Of a stretch of 64,000 nucleotides of DNA, positions 9,725-18,285 are shown in pieces. Within the stretch, counting starts at the first letter, position 1; each line of letters opens with the position of its first letter. The position numbers and the translations under genes were made by a program. The stretch spans positions 2,446 through 66,445 of the IMG/VR virus record IMGVR_UViG_3300031654_000269; one strand, given 5' to 3'. Under the pieces are notes generated by a model. The model was given only the letters and a program-made list of their open reading frames with translations, did no database searches and was not told where the DNA came from. The DNA is from a virus.

Positions 9725-10492
9725 TTATTCCTCATATTCCTTCTTAGTATATTTCTTTTTTGTATCGACATAACCAATCGTATTCTGTGGTTTTGATAGA
9801 GAGTTGTAATTATTCCTTAATTCAAACAAACCTTTCCATCCATTTGACATAGATCGATTAATTATTTCAATAGCATTCTCTACATCATTATTAGAAATAG
9901 TTTGTAAATGATTTAATGCTGTTTGTTGAGTAGCTGAAGATTTATATTTGAAGTTAAATTCCTCTCTCTTATATCTAATCCATTTACGCCAAGTTCTCCT
10001 AAATTTAGGGGAGTTGAATGGATAATCTATATTTAAGCAATTGCTTAGCAAATCCCCTGTTATATATATCTTATTATTATTCTTATTTTTATTTAATAAA
10101 ATATTATTATTATCAAGCATTTGCTTAGCTTTTGTTTTTGTTCGTTTCATCTTCCTTTCTACTCGTCCTCCTTTTGAACCTGCTTCTGCTCTTCTATCAC
10201 TTATGACTGAAAATTTAGAATATTGAATATCTAAGAAATTTATTTGAATCATATTCACTCCATTCTTCTCTCTGATTTTAATAATCTTCCTTTTATCAAT
10301 TAACTCCTCTATTTCTTTTTCATAATCAAAAAATCTTTCTTTCACATCCTCTAACGACATAATACAATCTCGCATCCAATAAAATCCACAAATACTATTA
10401 AAGACTCCCTGAGCAGACATTGAGCATAATGTAATAGCTCCCGTCATATGTTCAGCTGGGTAGAATTTAAAATACGGAATTTCTTTTGCCAT
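9725..10492 (-). CDS. Phage replication initiator/replisome organiser (YdaU-like N-terminus)
   Basis: PYFKFYP N-terminus, RRAEAGSKGG linker, C-terminal IINRSMSNGWKGLF; lies upstream of the DnaC-like gene. Confidence 0.72.
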   Translation of the reverse strand: MAKEIPYFKFYPAEHMTGAITLCSMSAQGVFNSICGFYWMRDCIMSLEDVKERFFDYEKEIEELIDKRKIIKIREKNGVNMIQINFLDIQYSKFSVISDRRAEAGSKGGRVERKMKRTKTKAKQMLDNNNILLNKNKNNNKIYITGDLLSNCLNIDYPFNSPKFRRTWRKWIRYKREEFNFKYKSSATQQTALNHLQTISNNDVENAIEIINRSMSNGWKGLFELRNNYNSLSKPQNTIGYVDTKKKYTKKEYEE

Positions 10493-10509
10493 TCTGTCTT
10501 ATTTTATGC

Positions 10510-10623
10510 AAATAAAAACCTGAAAGGATTTAGGCTGGTCCAAACCGTGTCCTTTCAGGTGTATTATCCGAAGTTGCCCCCAGGATAACATATGATTGAG
10601 TTGTTTTGTGTCGATTTGGACCA
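10510..10623 (-). ncRNA. Structured leader of the initiator gene: terminator-like hairpin with a pseudoknot-capable loop
   Basis: 11-bp inverted repeat 10518-10528/10550-10560 followed by a U-tract; loop 9-mer (10536-10544) is complementary to 10615-10623; extra hairpin 10564-10588. Confidence 0.55.
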
Positions 10624-10635
10624 TTCTTTTTCTTT

Positions 10636-10681
10636 TTAAAGAGAAACTGAATGGAAGCATATCCGGAACTCCCATTCAGTT
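10636..10681 (-). terminator. Hairpin followed by a U-rich tract (terminator/attenuator-like)
   Basis: 10-bp stem aactgaatgg/ccattcagtt at 10645-10654/10672-10681. Confidence 0.45.
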
Positions 10682-10716
10682 ATTGAAGCAAAAGACAAAC
10701 AGGAAAAAATTAGACC

Positions 10717-10749
10717 TAAAATTATAAAATAAAATTTTAAAATACCTAA
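10717..10749 (-). promoter_or_regulatory. Putative promoter of the initiator/helicase operon
   Basis: TTAG-N21-TAATTTTA on the minus strand. Confidence 0.55.
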
Positions 10750-10782
10750 TAAATTTTAATATATTTATTAAGTTATTAATTA

Positions 10783-11100
10783 TTAAAGAGTTACCTCCAT
10801 TAAATTATCATGGAGTGCTACCAGATGTCGGGAGATTTGAATCTTTCTTTTTCCGGAACTATCTTCAACGAATAGTAGATCATATCGGCGGTTTCCTTTC
10901 TTTACTTTTACAATTTCATGTTTGAGTACAAATTCATCCTGGGCAATCTTTCGATACCAATGGGTGATTTCTTTTGAGTGAGGAGCAACTCTATCTTGAA
11001 CCATCCTCCAGTAAAGTTGTTTGATACATGGTTCAATCAGATTCCTTTTTTTGCTGTTAAAGAGTTTTGTAACAGCCCAGATAATTAATTTTACAATCAT
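10783..11100 (-). CDS. Hypothetical protein
   Basis: 105 aa ORF with an A-rich start context. Confidence 0.6.
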   Translation of the reverse strand: MIVKLIIWAVTKLFNSKKRNLIEPCIKQLYWRMVQDRVAPHSKEITHWYRKIAQDEFVLKHEIVKVKKGNRRYDLLFVEDSSGKRKIQISRHLVALHDNLMEVTL

Positions 11101-11207
11101 TTTAGTTTGTTTTTAATGGATTAATACTAATTGTTATAGATAGATTATACAGAATAAAACTGCTAGCCATACGGTTATTTTAAGGACAATAGTTATTATC
11201 TTTAATA

Positions 11208-11411
11208 TCATAATTTCTTTAGATTTAAGATTATCGTAATGATTATTCCAATGATAAGAATCCATACGATTATTTGTGTCGTTCTTCCCATGTCAACGAA
11301 GACATCGGGTATTTCTTGTTCTTTCATGACGGTGACCCAAAAAGTCCGTAACCAATGATCAGGATTATCCCGCCTTGAATAAATTTCCAGATTGCAGCCA
11401 TTGCAATGCAA
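11208..11411 (-). CDS. Small membrane protein (start uncertain)
   Basis: C-terminal hydrophobic helix IIVWILIIGIIITIIL. Confidence 0.45.
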   Translation of the reverse strand: MHCNGCNLEIYSRRDNPDHWLRTFWVTVMKEQEIPDVFVDMGRTTQIIVWILIIGIIITIILNLKKL

Positions 11412-11470
11412 AGGATTACATACCAGATAATTTCAAATAATTTTAATGCTTTTTCCATAATTTCTAATTT

Positions 11471-12370
11471 TTAAATTGATATTTGTTTGATTAAATAATT
11501 AGCTTCATCTTGTTTCATCCCACCTGGGTCTCCAACAATCGGCACTCTCCAGGCATCAACACCTCGAAATTGTAATTCATTTACAAGTTTCTCAGCTTGC
11601 CGTACTGCCTGTTTTTCATCATCAAATACGACAGCAACCCGTTCAAAAGTATTAGCAATCATACGTACTTGTTGTCGAGTGTATTCAATACCGAATGTGG
11701 CAAATGCCTTTGGTCCAAGTCTCCAAACATCCGTAATCCCTTCTACACATATTCCTGTTTCCTCCCATTCAGATTGTTTACCATATAGAATTACTTTATG
11801 ATGCACGAGTTCACGATCCTCCGGACAGGCTTTGTATTTTGGTTTTCTTTTATCGGAAGTGCTCCTGCCTTGAAATGATACACATTTTCCATTCCATTCA
11901 ATAGGAGCTATAATACGATTTTTATAATCTCGTTTATCTAACATACTGGATGGACCGGTGCTGAGTAGTTTCCATTCATGTTCAAGTTTTTCCGGATCAA
12001 ACTCACGACCTTCCAAATATTGTTTATGTCTTTCAGTTAACGGTTCTGTACTGGATGGAAAGTGAAATGCTTTCTTACGGATTTTTATTTTTTGAACTCT
12101 CGGTTTAACTAAGTATTGATCACCGTATGAATGGAGTATTTTACGAGCTTCCTGTTCGGTTACTTTTATGAGTTTGCTTATGGTTTCCGCGATAGGGTGT
12201 TTGCCACACCTCCAACAGTTGAAGTAATTATCATCGAGTGAATATCCAAGATGATTTGATTGATCTCCACAGAACGGACAGGTGGTATTTACCCAACCTG
12301 GTTGACAGTTATTTCCTTCAGTCCAGGTTGGTATGGAGTAATCTTCGTAGAGTTTTAGAATGTCAATCAT
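11471..12370 (-). CDS. DNA primase (zinc finger plus TOPRIM)
   Basis: CPFC..H..CWRC, SFQGR, PKY, CVEGITD, VFDD, GDPG; start reassigned to 12370. Confidence 0.9.
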   Translation of the reverse strand: MIDILKLYEDYSIPTWTEGNNCQPGWVNTTCPFCGDQSNHLGYSLDDNYFNCWRCGKHPIAETISKLIKVTEQEARKILHSYGDQYLVKPRVQKIKIRKKAFHFPSSTEPLTERHKQYLEGREFDPEKLEHEWKLLSTGPSSMLDKRDYKNRIIAPIEWNGKCVSFQGRSTSDKRKPKYKACPEDRELVHHKVILYGKQSEWEETGICVEGITDVWRLGPKAFATFGIEYTRQQVRMIANTFERVAVVFDDEKQAVRQAEKLVNELQFRGVDAWRVPIVGDPGGMKQDEANYLIKQISI

Positions 12371-12764
12371 TATAAGTAATGATAATACATTTACAACCAC
12401 TATAAATATCATCTGGATTATTTAAGACCATTTTAGCAATAGCTTCAAATTGTAATCCATTAGGAGTATTTACAACAATTGGTAATCTTTTTAGACTTGG
12501 TTTTAGACACTGTAATTCCTTGATTAAATCATAAACTGTTTTTACTGTAAGTTCAGGCCAATATTTACCCATTAAAGAATTAACAGAATATTTTTTACGT
12601 TTTCCATTTAAAAATAGATAAATATAAGGACTCCCATTATTCTTTGCCCAAGGTTTCAATATTTTTGATTTTCCTTTTTTGTGTACAATCAAACCAGACG
12701 ATGATATATAATAATTACCATCTCCTTCTGTAATTTTTTTTAAATCTAATTTTTTAAGTTTCAT
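12363..12764 (-). CDS. NUMOD4-like domain protein (homing-endonuclease-related, no HNH motif seen)
   Basis: NYYISSSG...KILKP...YIYL..NGKRKKYSV. Confidence 0.55.
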   Translation of the reverse strand: MKLKKLDLKKITEGDGNYYISSSGLIVHKKGKSKILKPWAKNNGSPYIYLFLNGKRKKYSVNSLMGKYWPELTVKTVYDLIKELQCLKPSLKRLPIVVNTPNGLQFEAIAKMVLNNPDDIYSGCKCIIITYND

Positions 12765-14463
12765 AATATAAATCGATTAATTCTGTTAATAATGAGTCTT
12801 GATCTGTTTCTTGTCCGTCAAGTACCCGGTCAATGATCTTCCGTTTATTATCTAGCATTTCAACTATTCGTTCTTCAATAGTATCTTCTGCTAATAAGAA
12901 ATACACAGTCACACTCTCCTCCTGACCAATACGGTGGAGGCGATCCTCTGCCTGCGATATCTCACTAGGTTTATAAGGTAATTCTAAAAATGCTACATTT
13001 GAAGCAGCGGTTAATGTAATACCTACTCCGGCTGCTTTTATATTCCCAACAAATAATTGAATAGAGTTTGATTGTTGGAAGTCATCAACTATTTTTTGTC
13101 GGATTGAACTTCGGACTGATCCATCAATTTTGACGGATACATTTCTAAATTGTTGCATCAGGGTATCTACAGTGAATTGATGAGTAGTAAATACAACTAA
13201 CTTCTCTCTGGTATCTAAAAAGTTTTCAATCCATTCTATACATTGGTCAATCTTCCCTCGTATGGTGAGTTGTTTTAAACCTTCAATTTTGGTGAGGGCT
13301 TCTGCATTTGATATTTTCTTTGCTCGTTCAGCACCAAGATTTTTTCTAACATAAGCAACAAAATTTCTTTCTGCTTCATTATACTCTTTTTGATTCTCAA
13401 GTGAAAAAGGAACGTATGAATAGACTTTATCTGGTAACTCACGAAGCACCTCTGATTTCTTCCTTCTAATCATGATGGTGCTCGTAAGCAGCTCGTTTAG
13501 TTCTTGGGTATTGCTAGCTCCTGAATAATCCCATCCAAATCCATTATGTCTCGCTGCACAGTATTTTTGAACAAAAGGCCAAAATGAAGGTATTCTTGAA
13601 TCATCAATTATTTTACAAATATTGTAGATTTCAATTGGTCTGTTTTCGATAGGAGTACCAGAGAGACCAAGAATATATTTTGAATGTCGACTTAATTTCC
13701 TGGCAGCATAAGTACGCCGGGCTGAAGTATTCTTGATATACTGAGACTCATCAAATATAACCAACTCAGGTTTCATATCAATTAAATAATCCACCCAACC
13801 TGACCGTGGAATTTCTCTCTGCTTTTTCTTTCCGTTTTGATCTGTATACTTTTCAGTCTTATTTGCCAGGATATCGTAGTTGATAATAACAACTTCACTT
13901 TTTATAGAGGAATCCGGTTTAGTACCAAATAGAATTCGTACAGTAGGAAAAGGATCCATCCACAATCGAATCATTCTACGCCAATAACTCTTTACGGATG
14001 CCGGACAAACAATTACAGTGGTTTGAATTTCCTGATGTAATTGTAGCCAAGCAATTGCTTGAATAGTCTTCCCCAGTCCCATATCATCGGCGAGCAATAC
14101 CCTTCCATTTTTCTGTTCAATCGTTGCTACACCTTTATTTTGAAAAGGTCGTAATTGACCTTTTAATCCTGGTATTTGAATTTCTTTGATGTTTTCAATG
14201 GAGCTTTCTTTTATGAATTGTATGAGTTTAGGATCAATAGAAAAACCCCACTCACGTAGTTTCTCAATATTAGTAGGAATGAGTGGGGTGGACCAGTACT
14301 TGCTTTTATCATCATGAAATCGTCTGCCTTCCAATGAGCGTATCCGGGCTAAATCTTCCGTATTGTACGGAAAAGTGATTCGTATTGCCTTCTCACCAGA
14401 TTGCTCGAAAGTAGCTAATGAAGCCAATCGCAGATGTTTACTTATTTTGATTCCTGATCTCAT
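12754..14463 (-). CDS. SNF2-family helicase (SMARCAL1/HARP-like annealing helicase)
   Basis: LADDMGLGKT, DESQ, LSGTP, AAGVGITLT, QAEDRLHRIGQ. Confidence 0.93.
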   Translation of the reverse strand: MRSGIKISKHLRLASLATFEQSGEKAIRITFPYNTEDLARIRSLEGRRFHDDKSKYWSTPLIPTNIEKLREWGFSIDPKLIQFIKESSIENIKEIQIPGLKGQLRPFQNKGVATIEQKNGRVLLADDMGLGKTIQAIAWLQLHQEIQTTVIVCPASVKSYWRRMIRLWMDPFPTVRILFGTKPDSSIKSEVVIINYDILANKTEKYTDQNGKKKQREIPRSGWVDYLIDMKPELVIFDESQYIKNTSARRTYAARKLSRHSKYILGLSGTPIENRPIEIYNICKIIDDSRIPSFWPFVQKYCAARHNGFGWDYSGASNTQELNELLTSTIMIRRKKSEVLRELPDKVYSYVPFSLENQKEYNEAERNFVAYVRKNLGAERAKKISNAEALTKIEGLKQLTIRGKIDQCIEWIENFLDTREKLVVFTTHQFTVDTLMQQFRNVSVKIDGSVRSSIRQKIVDDFQQSNSIQLFVGNIKAAGVGITLTAASNVAFLELPYKPSEISQAEDRLHRIGQEESVTVYFLLAEDTIEERIVEMLDNKRKIIDRVLDGQETDQDSLLTELIDLYYET

Positions 14464-14472
14464 TTTAAGATA

Positions 14473-14503
14473 TAAAATTATAAAATTATTTTTTAATTCC
14501 TAA
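14473..14503 (-). promoter_or_regulatory. Putative promoter of the SNF2/primase operon
   Basis: TTAG-N19-TAATTTTA on the minus strand. Confidence 0.55.
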
Positions 14504-14886
14504 CGGTGTTTTGTCCGCTTGATTTTTGCATGACGTGTACGAACAATCTTTGTACTAGGTTTCTGTGGTTCATTGAGCTGATCTCTCAGCTCTTTAAATC
14601 GTTCAATGTACTTTATCCGATGACGATTTAATACTGCATAGAAATCTCGGTTGTCTTTTGATTTAGCAAGAAATGGACGTTCAATGATTAAGGTACTGGA
14701 ATCAAATAATTGATGAACGGTTTCCTGTCTCAAACAAAATTCACGTCCATCCTCTCTCACTTCATAAAACATTACTTTACTTCCTACTAAACGGGCTTCC
14801 AAAATAACATCACGGAAATTAGCGATGTATTTGTATTGCCAGTTGGGGATTGCTTTTGCAAGGACATTTTTGTGTATTGATTTCAT
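14500..14886 (-). CDS. Hypothetical early protein
   Basis: 128 aa, preceded by the conserved start-associated repeat. Confidence 0.75.
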   Translation of the reverse strand: MKSIHKNVLAKAIPNWQYKYIANFRDVILEARLVGSKVMFYEVREDGREFCLRQETVHQLFDSSTLIIERPFLAKSKDNRDFYAVLNRHRIKYIERFKELRDQLNEPQKPSTKIVRTRHAKIKRTKHR

Positions 14887-14939
14887 AATTACAACGTTTT
14901 TTATTGGTTAAGAGCAGGAATAAATCCTGCTTTCGGTCA
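14887..14939 (-). repeat. Start-associated repeat / hammerhead substrate half-site (CUC)
   Basis: UGACC GAAA GCAGGA-loop-UCCUGC UC UUAACC AAU AAAAAACGUUG UAAUU AUG. Confidence 0.85.
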
Positions 14940-14940
14940 T

Positions 14941-15348
14941 TTAACTCATATAATTTGGACCTCCTGATTTACCACATTTTGAGCAATGGTAATAAATACA
15001 AGGTCCATTTTCAGCGTCTCCAGTATCTTCAATTTCAAAATCATGTTTGCAGTAATGTTGATTTATTTTAATTGTAATCCAAGATAACGTAGAGATTTTT
15101 GGTAATTTAGTGTATTCTCCGGTTGATTCATCATAATCAATTGAGAAAGCATTTCTGTGTTTCCAAGATTCAAATAAATCAAAACAATTTACAATCCATT
15201 GTGGGAGTAACCAATACTTCTTTCTGCTAAAAATAATGTATTGAGGATATTTCTTATCCTTCTTCCATTTAAAAAGTAGACCACTGTTAGGATTTACTCT
15301 TGATCCGGAAGTTTCTAGACTAAAAAGTCGATTCTTAAATATTAACAT
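14941..15348 (-). CDS. Hypothetical early protein with a C-terminal Cys/His cluster
   Basis: Start reassigned to 15348 (MLIFKNR) directly after a partial repeat; CKH...CSKC. Confidence 0.7.
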   Translation of the reverse strand: MLIFKNRLFSLETSGSRVNPNSGLLFKWKKDKKYPQYIIFSRKKYWLLPQWIVNCFDLFESWKHRNAFSIDYDESTGEYTKLPKISTLSWITIKINQHYCKHDFEIEDTGDAENGPCIYYHCSKCGKSGGPNYMS

Positions 15349-15369
15349 AATTACAACGTTTTTGGTTAA
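15349..15369 (-). repeat. Degenerate start-associated repeat lacking the GAAA hairpin
   Basis: UUAACC AAAAACGUUGUAAUU AUG only. Confidence 0.75.
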
Positions 15370-15484
15370 ACATATAAATAAATGCGTGAGCCTGTTTCCA
15401 GTCCTCTTACGTCTCTCCGGCTCAAGACAGATACCCAACAATTGAACTATCTAGCTCATTCAATTGATACAGGCGTGACCTTTG

Positions 15485-15549
15485 TGGAGCCAACGGATGG
15501 ATTCGAACCATCCTCCCTTATTAGTTCGGGAGTGCCATTTTTCGCTGGC
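15485..15549 (-). ncRNA. D-armless tRNA-like RNA with encoded CCA
   Basis: Acceptor GCCAGCG/CGTTGGC, T arm GATGG-TTCGAAT-CCATC, discriminator T plus CCA, 10-nt D-replacement loop, CTCCC/GGGAG stem with a 10-nt loop. Confidence 0.7.
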
Positions 15550-15562
15550 ATATTTTTTTAAA

Positions 15563-15640
15563 GAGTCCTCAATCTATCTAACCTAAGAGTTAACCCTACA
15601 CGAAAGAAACGAAACCTCCCCTCTTAGAGATTGAGGACTC
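15563..15640. ncRNA. Long hairpin element between early genes
   Basis: 13-bp perfect outer stem gagtcctcaatct/agattgaggactc plus inner ctaagag/ctcttag stem. Confidence 0.55.
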
Positions 15641-15671
15641 ACATTTGTCATAGGATAACGTTGTAATCAAC

Positions 15672-15884
15672 CTATGACGGAGTTGTTTCTTTATGATGAT
15701 GCTTCGTTCTTTTCATTTTAATTATCGCACCATAGCTTGGATTTCTACGGACATTCTTCATATAGCATGGGTAGCATTGATCTGCATCCGGATTCTTGTC
15801 AACCAAATTCTGCTTCAGTGGTTTACCACATGTTTTGCAGTGTTTGTTGCTTAAAATTTTGTAATCGTGTTTTTTGTTTTTCAT
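15672..15884 (-). CDS. Small zinc-finger protein
   Basis: CKTC...CYPC. Confidence 0.7.
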   Translation of the reverse strand: MKNKKHDYKILSNKHCKTCGKPLKQNLVDKNPDADQCYPCYMKNVRRNPSYGAIIKMKRTKHHHKETTPS

Positions 15885-16408
15885 TTTAATAAAGTTAATC
15901 CGTATTTTAATATTTTGATTTGAATCTTTTCTTTATCAGCATCAGCAGCATAAGCAGCAGCAGCATAAGCAGCAGCAGCATAAGCAGCAGCATAAGCATA
16001 AGCAGCATCAGCAGCATAAGCAGCATAAGCAGCATAAGCAGCAGCAGCATCAGCAGCATAAGCAGCAGCAGCATAAGCAGCAGCAGCATTTTTATTCTTA
16101 GTTGATTGTCTATTTAAGTATCTTTCAGCTGCTTCAATAGCTTTCTCTGGTCGATCATCATCAGGATACTTTTTTTGATAAATAGGTAAAACCAATTTTG
16201 CAGCAAATACGGCATATTGTACTCTCTGTTTTTTGTTCATTAATTTTACAATCAACCAATTTGCCCAATCCAAACGGAATCTATTATTAATAGAATAATT
16301 GAGTAATTTAATTGGATTCTCTATTGGATGAGATTTGAACCATTCAATGCCTTCGATACAGGCACCATAGTTACTTAATAAATTAAGAGTGATTTTTTTT
16401 GTCTTCAT
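15881..16408 (-). CDS. Ala/Tyr-repeat protein (Imm5-like DDRPxKAIEAA segment)
   Basis: Start reassigned to 16408 (MKTKKIT) after a repeat; AAAYA tandem block. Confidence 0.75.
   Translation of the reverse strand: MKTKKITLNLLSNYGACIEGIEWFKSHPIENPIKLLNYSINNRFRLDWANWLIVKLMNKKQRVQYAVFAAKLVLPIYQKKYPDDDRPEKAIEAAERYLNRQSTKNKNAAAAYAAAAYAADAAAAYAAYAAYAADAAYAYAAAYAAAAYAAAAYAADADKEKIQIKILKYGLTLLK
15938..16088 (-). repeat. Coding microsatellite of GCT codons interspersed with TAT/GAT
   Basis: About 50 codons of AAAYAAAAYAADAAAAY... Confidence 0.9.
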
Positions 16409-16458
16409 AACAACGTTTTTATTGGTTAATAGCCTGAAATTAATCAGGCTTTCGGTCA
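16409..16458 (-). repeat. Start-associated repeat / hammerhead substrate half-site (CUA)
   Basis: UGACC GAAA GCCUGA-loop-UCAGGC UA UUAACC AAU AAAAACGUUG UU AUG. Confidence 0.85.
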
Positions 16459-16653
16459 TTTCATTGATTCAGGATTTCCATATCCCCAAATTATTTTACC
16501 GGTGAGTTTAATAAACTCCCGTTCAACTTTATCAATCTCATCAGCAGTGACTCTACTGTATCCTTTTGCTCTCATTTCATTTCTGAGATTAGTGTGTTGC
16601 TTGATAAGATTAACAATTTTCTTGTGTTTTTCTACAAATTCTTCATTATTCAT
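16456..16653 (-). CDS. Hypothetical early protein
   Basis: 65 aa between two repeats; its TGA stop is the TGA of TGACC. Confidence 0.75.
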   Translation of the reverse strand: MNNEEFVEKHKKIVNLIKQHTNLRNEMRAKGYSRVTADEIDKVEREFIKLTGKIIWGYGNPESMK

Positions 16654-16704
16654 AACAACGTTTTTATTGGTTAATAGTCCCTTATAAAAAGGGACTTTCG
16701 GTCA
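16654..16704 (-). repeat. Start-associated repeat / hammerhead substrate half-site (CUA)
   Basis: UGACC GAAA GUCCCUU-loop-AAGGGAC UA UUAACC AAU AAAAACGUUG UU AUG. Confidence 0.85.
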
Positions 16705-16929
16705 TTTTAAATAAATAAAATCATATGCATGTTTATTAAGTACAATCTTAGCATTATGAATATTTGATAATGCAATAAATTTAGTAATAGCACTTTCTGA
16801 ATCAAATCCAGATTCTAATACATTTTCATCCTGAGAGATTGAAAAAGTACAATCTGTCATTTTATCAAGATAATAGGTAAGTCCACCTTTCTCGAAAGTA
16901 AAAATAGTAATTTCAGTTTCGTTTTCCAT
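16702..16929 (-). CDS. Hypothetical early protein
   Basis: Start reassigned to 16929 (MENETEI) after a repeat. Confidence 0.75.
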   Translation of the reverse strand: MENETEITIFTFEKGGLTYYLDKMTDCTFSISQDENVLESGFDSESAITKFIALSNIHNAKIVLNKHAYDFIYLK

Positions 16930-16985
16930 AATTACAACGTTTTTATTGGTTAAAATCCTAACCATTAAAGATTAGGATTTCGGTC
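16930..16985 (-). repeat. Start-associated repeat / hammerhead substrate half-site (AUU)
   Basis: GACC GAAA UCCUAA-loop-UUAGGA UU UUAACC AAU AAAAACGUUG UAAUU AUG. Confidence 0.85.
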
Positions 16986-16987
16986 GT

Positions 16988-17233
16988 TTAATACTCATGC
17001 TGAGGATACCTCGTATAAGATAATCCATTTTTTTCCATTGTGAATTGACGATATCCTACTGTAAACCGTTTAAAGTATTCCGTTTTACATTTAGGATCAA
17101 CATCAATTTGCCTAGCCCAAACAGATTCCCCATCCTTTAAAACATTCATAAAACCTTTTATGGTTTTAATGATTTGTCCTTTCAGACTTTTACGTCCTTC
17201 ACATACATCAACAATTTCATATTCTGTTCTCAT
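16988..17233 (-). CDS. Hypothetical early protein
   Basis: Start reassigned to 17233 (MRTEYEI) after a repeat. Confidence 0.75.
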   Translation of the reverse strand: MRTEYEIVDVCEGRKSLKGQIIKTIKGFMNVLKDGESVWARQIDVDPKCKTEYFKRFTVGYRQFTMEKNGLSYTRYPQHEY

Positions 17234-17292
17234 AATACAACGTTTTTTATTGGTTAATACAGTGAGCTTAAAAATACTCACTGTTTCGGTCA
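17234..17292 (-). repeat. Start-associated repeat / hammerhead substrate half-site (GUA)
   Basis: UGACC GAAA CAGUGAG-loop-CUCACUG UA UUAACC AAU AAAAAACGUUG UAUU AUG. Confidence 0.85.
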
Positions 17293-17499
17293 GTTTAAAT
17301 TTGTTCTAATCGTTCCTGTATATCCAAGTCCATGAAAGAACCGGACAAATGAAGAGATGTCTTTTGCAATAATCATCTCACGGGAGACTTTCTTGCTACG
17401 AGAGTTACTCGTTACTACATCAACGAACCATTTGTCAGGATCGGATGTTTCAAATTCTATTGTAGAATTTTTTCTGTGGAGGCTGCCGGGGAATTTCAT
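17290..17499 (-). CDS. Hypothetical early protein
   Basis: 69 aa, ATGA-coupled to the upstream gene. Confidence 0.7.
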   Translation of the reverse strand: MKFPGSLHRKNSTIEFETSDPDKWFVDVVTSNSRSKKVSREMIIAKDISSFVRFFHGLGYTGTIRTNLN

Positions 17500-17870
17500 T
17501 TTTTTAAATCTTTACGAGAATCCTCCCATTGGATTATCCATTGTTTATCTTTAAAAATCCAATAACAATCAGCTATCCTTGTTCCATTAGAACCATCTGT
17601 AATATAATGAAAGGTAAAATTTAATGGAAGCCAGTATTCTTCCATACTTTGAGATAAACCTCCTCCAAAATTGGTTATTTTGAAAGAAGAATAAAAGTTT
17701 TGGAGTACTCCTGTCTGAGCTTTTAGTTCTTGGGAAGATAATTCAATGTATTGTCTTCCATCTCTGTATTGAGATACGTTTGTAGTTAATATCAAATCAA
17801 TTCCAAATTTCTTAGAAATGATTTTCGTTAAACTAGTAAAGTCAAAATCAATCAATTCCAAATTTTTCAT
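17496..17870 (-). CDS. Hypothetical early protein
   Basis: 124 aa directly after a repeat. Confidence 0.75.
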   Translation of the reverse strand: MKNLELIDFDFTSLTKIISKKFGIDLILTTNVSQYRDGRQYIELSSQELKAQTGVLQNFYSSFKITNFGGGLSQSMEEYWLPLNFTFHYITDGSNGTRIADCYWIFKDKQWIIQWEDSRKDLKK

Positions 17871-17924
17871 AACAACGTTTTTATTGGTTAATAGGCCAAG
17901 TAATAATACTTAGCCTTTCGGTCA
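17871..17924 (-). repeat. Start-associated repeat / hammerhead substrate half-site (CUA)
   Basis: UGACC GAAA GGCUAAGUA-loop-UACUUGGCC UA UUAACC AAU AAAAACGUUG UU AUG; one U-G wobble in the stem. Confidence 0.85.
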
Positions 17925-17926
17925 AA

Positions 17927-18226
17927 TTACCATCTTCTTGTTTCGGTAACCTTAACATCCTTTACTCTGAATTCTTCAGGAATGGATACTTTCCATCCTC
18001 CATCATCCTCCCAAGTTACATCATAACCCAAGGCTTCAAGTAATTTTGGTACAGGGTTATCTTTTTCTACACCACTTCCATAAATTACTACTTGATTTTC
18101 TGCTGGATTAAAGAATTCATACAGTTTGTGCATATCACAATTCCTAATTATATGAGCCGGTTTATAAAAATTATTACCTGCTTGATAAATAGGAAATTTT
18201 TTTGATTTCTCAAATGAATTTTTCAT
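17927..18226 (-). CDS. Hypothetical early protein
   Basis: Start reassigned to 18226 (MKNSFEK) after a repeat. Confidence 0.75.
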   Translation of the reverse strand: MKNSFEKSKKFPIYQAGNNFYKPAHIIRNCDMHKLYEFFNPAENQVVIYGSGVEKDNPVPKLLEALGYDVTWEDDGGWKVSIPEEFRVKDVKVTETRRW

Positions 18227-18282
18227 AATTACAACGTTTTTATTGGTTAATAGCAGGATAATAAAAATCCTGCTTTCGGTCA
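18227..18282 (-). repeat. Start-associated repeat / hammerhead substrate half-site (CUA)
   Basis: UGACC GAAA GCAGGAU-loop-AUCCUGC UA UUAACC AAU AAAAACGUUG UAAUU AUG. Confidence 0.85.
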
Positions 18283-18285
18283 CAT

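Noticed and set aside
15485-15549. Canonical or amber-suppressor tRNA
   Set aside because: No D arm and a 10-nt loop, so no anticodon can be assigned; TAG is used as a normal stop (e.g. 25337, 33701).
15907-16105. Leu/Met-rich and Ser/Ile-rich ORFs
   Set aside because: Alternative-frame shadows of the GCT microsatellite.
14887-18282. Each early repeat as a stand-alone hammerhead or as an intrinsic terminator
   Set aside because: None of the distal copies has CUGANGA next to it, and the hairpins are followed by UUAACC rather than a U-tract.
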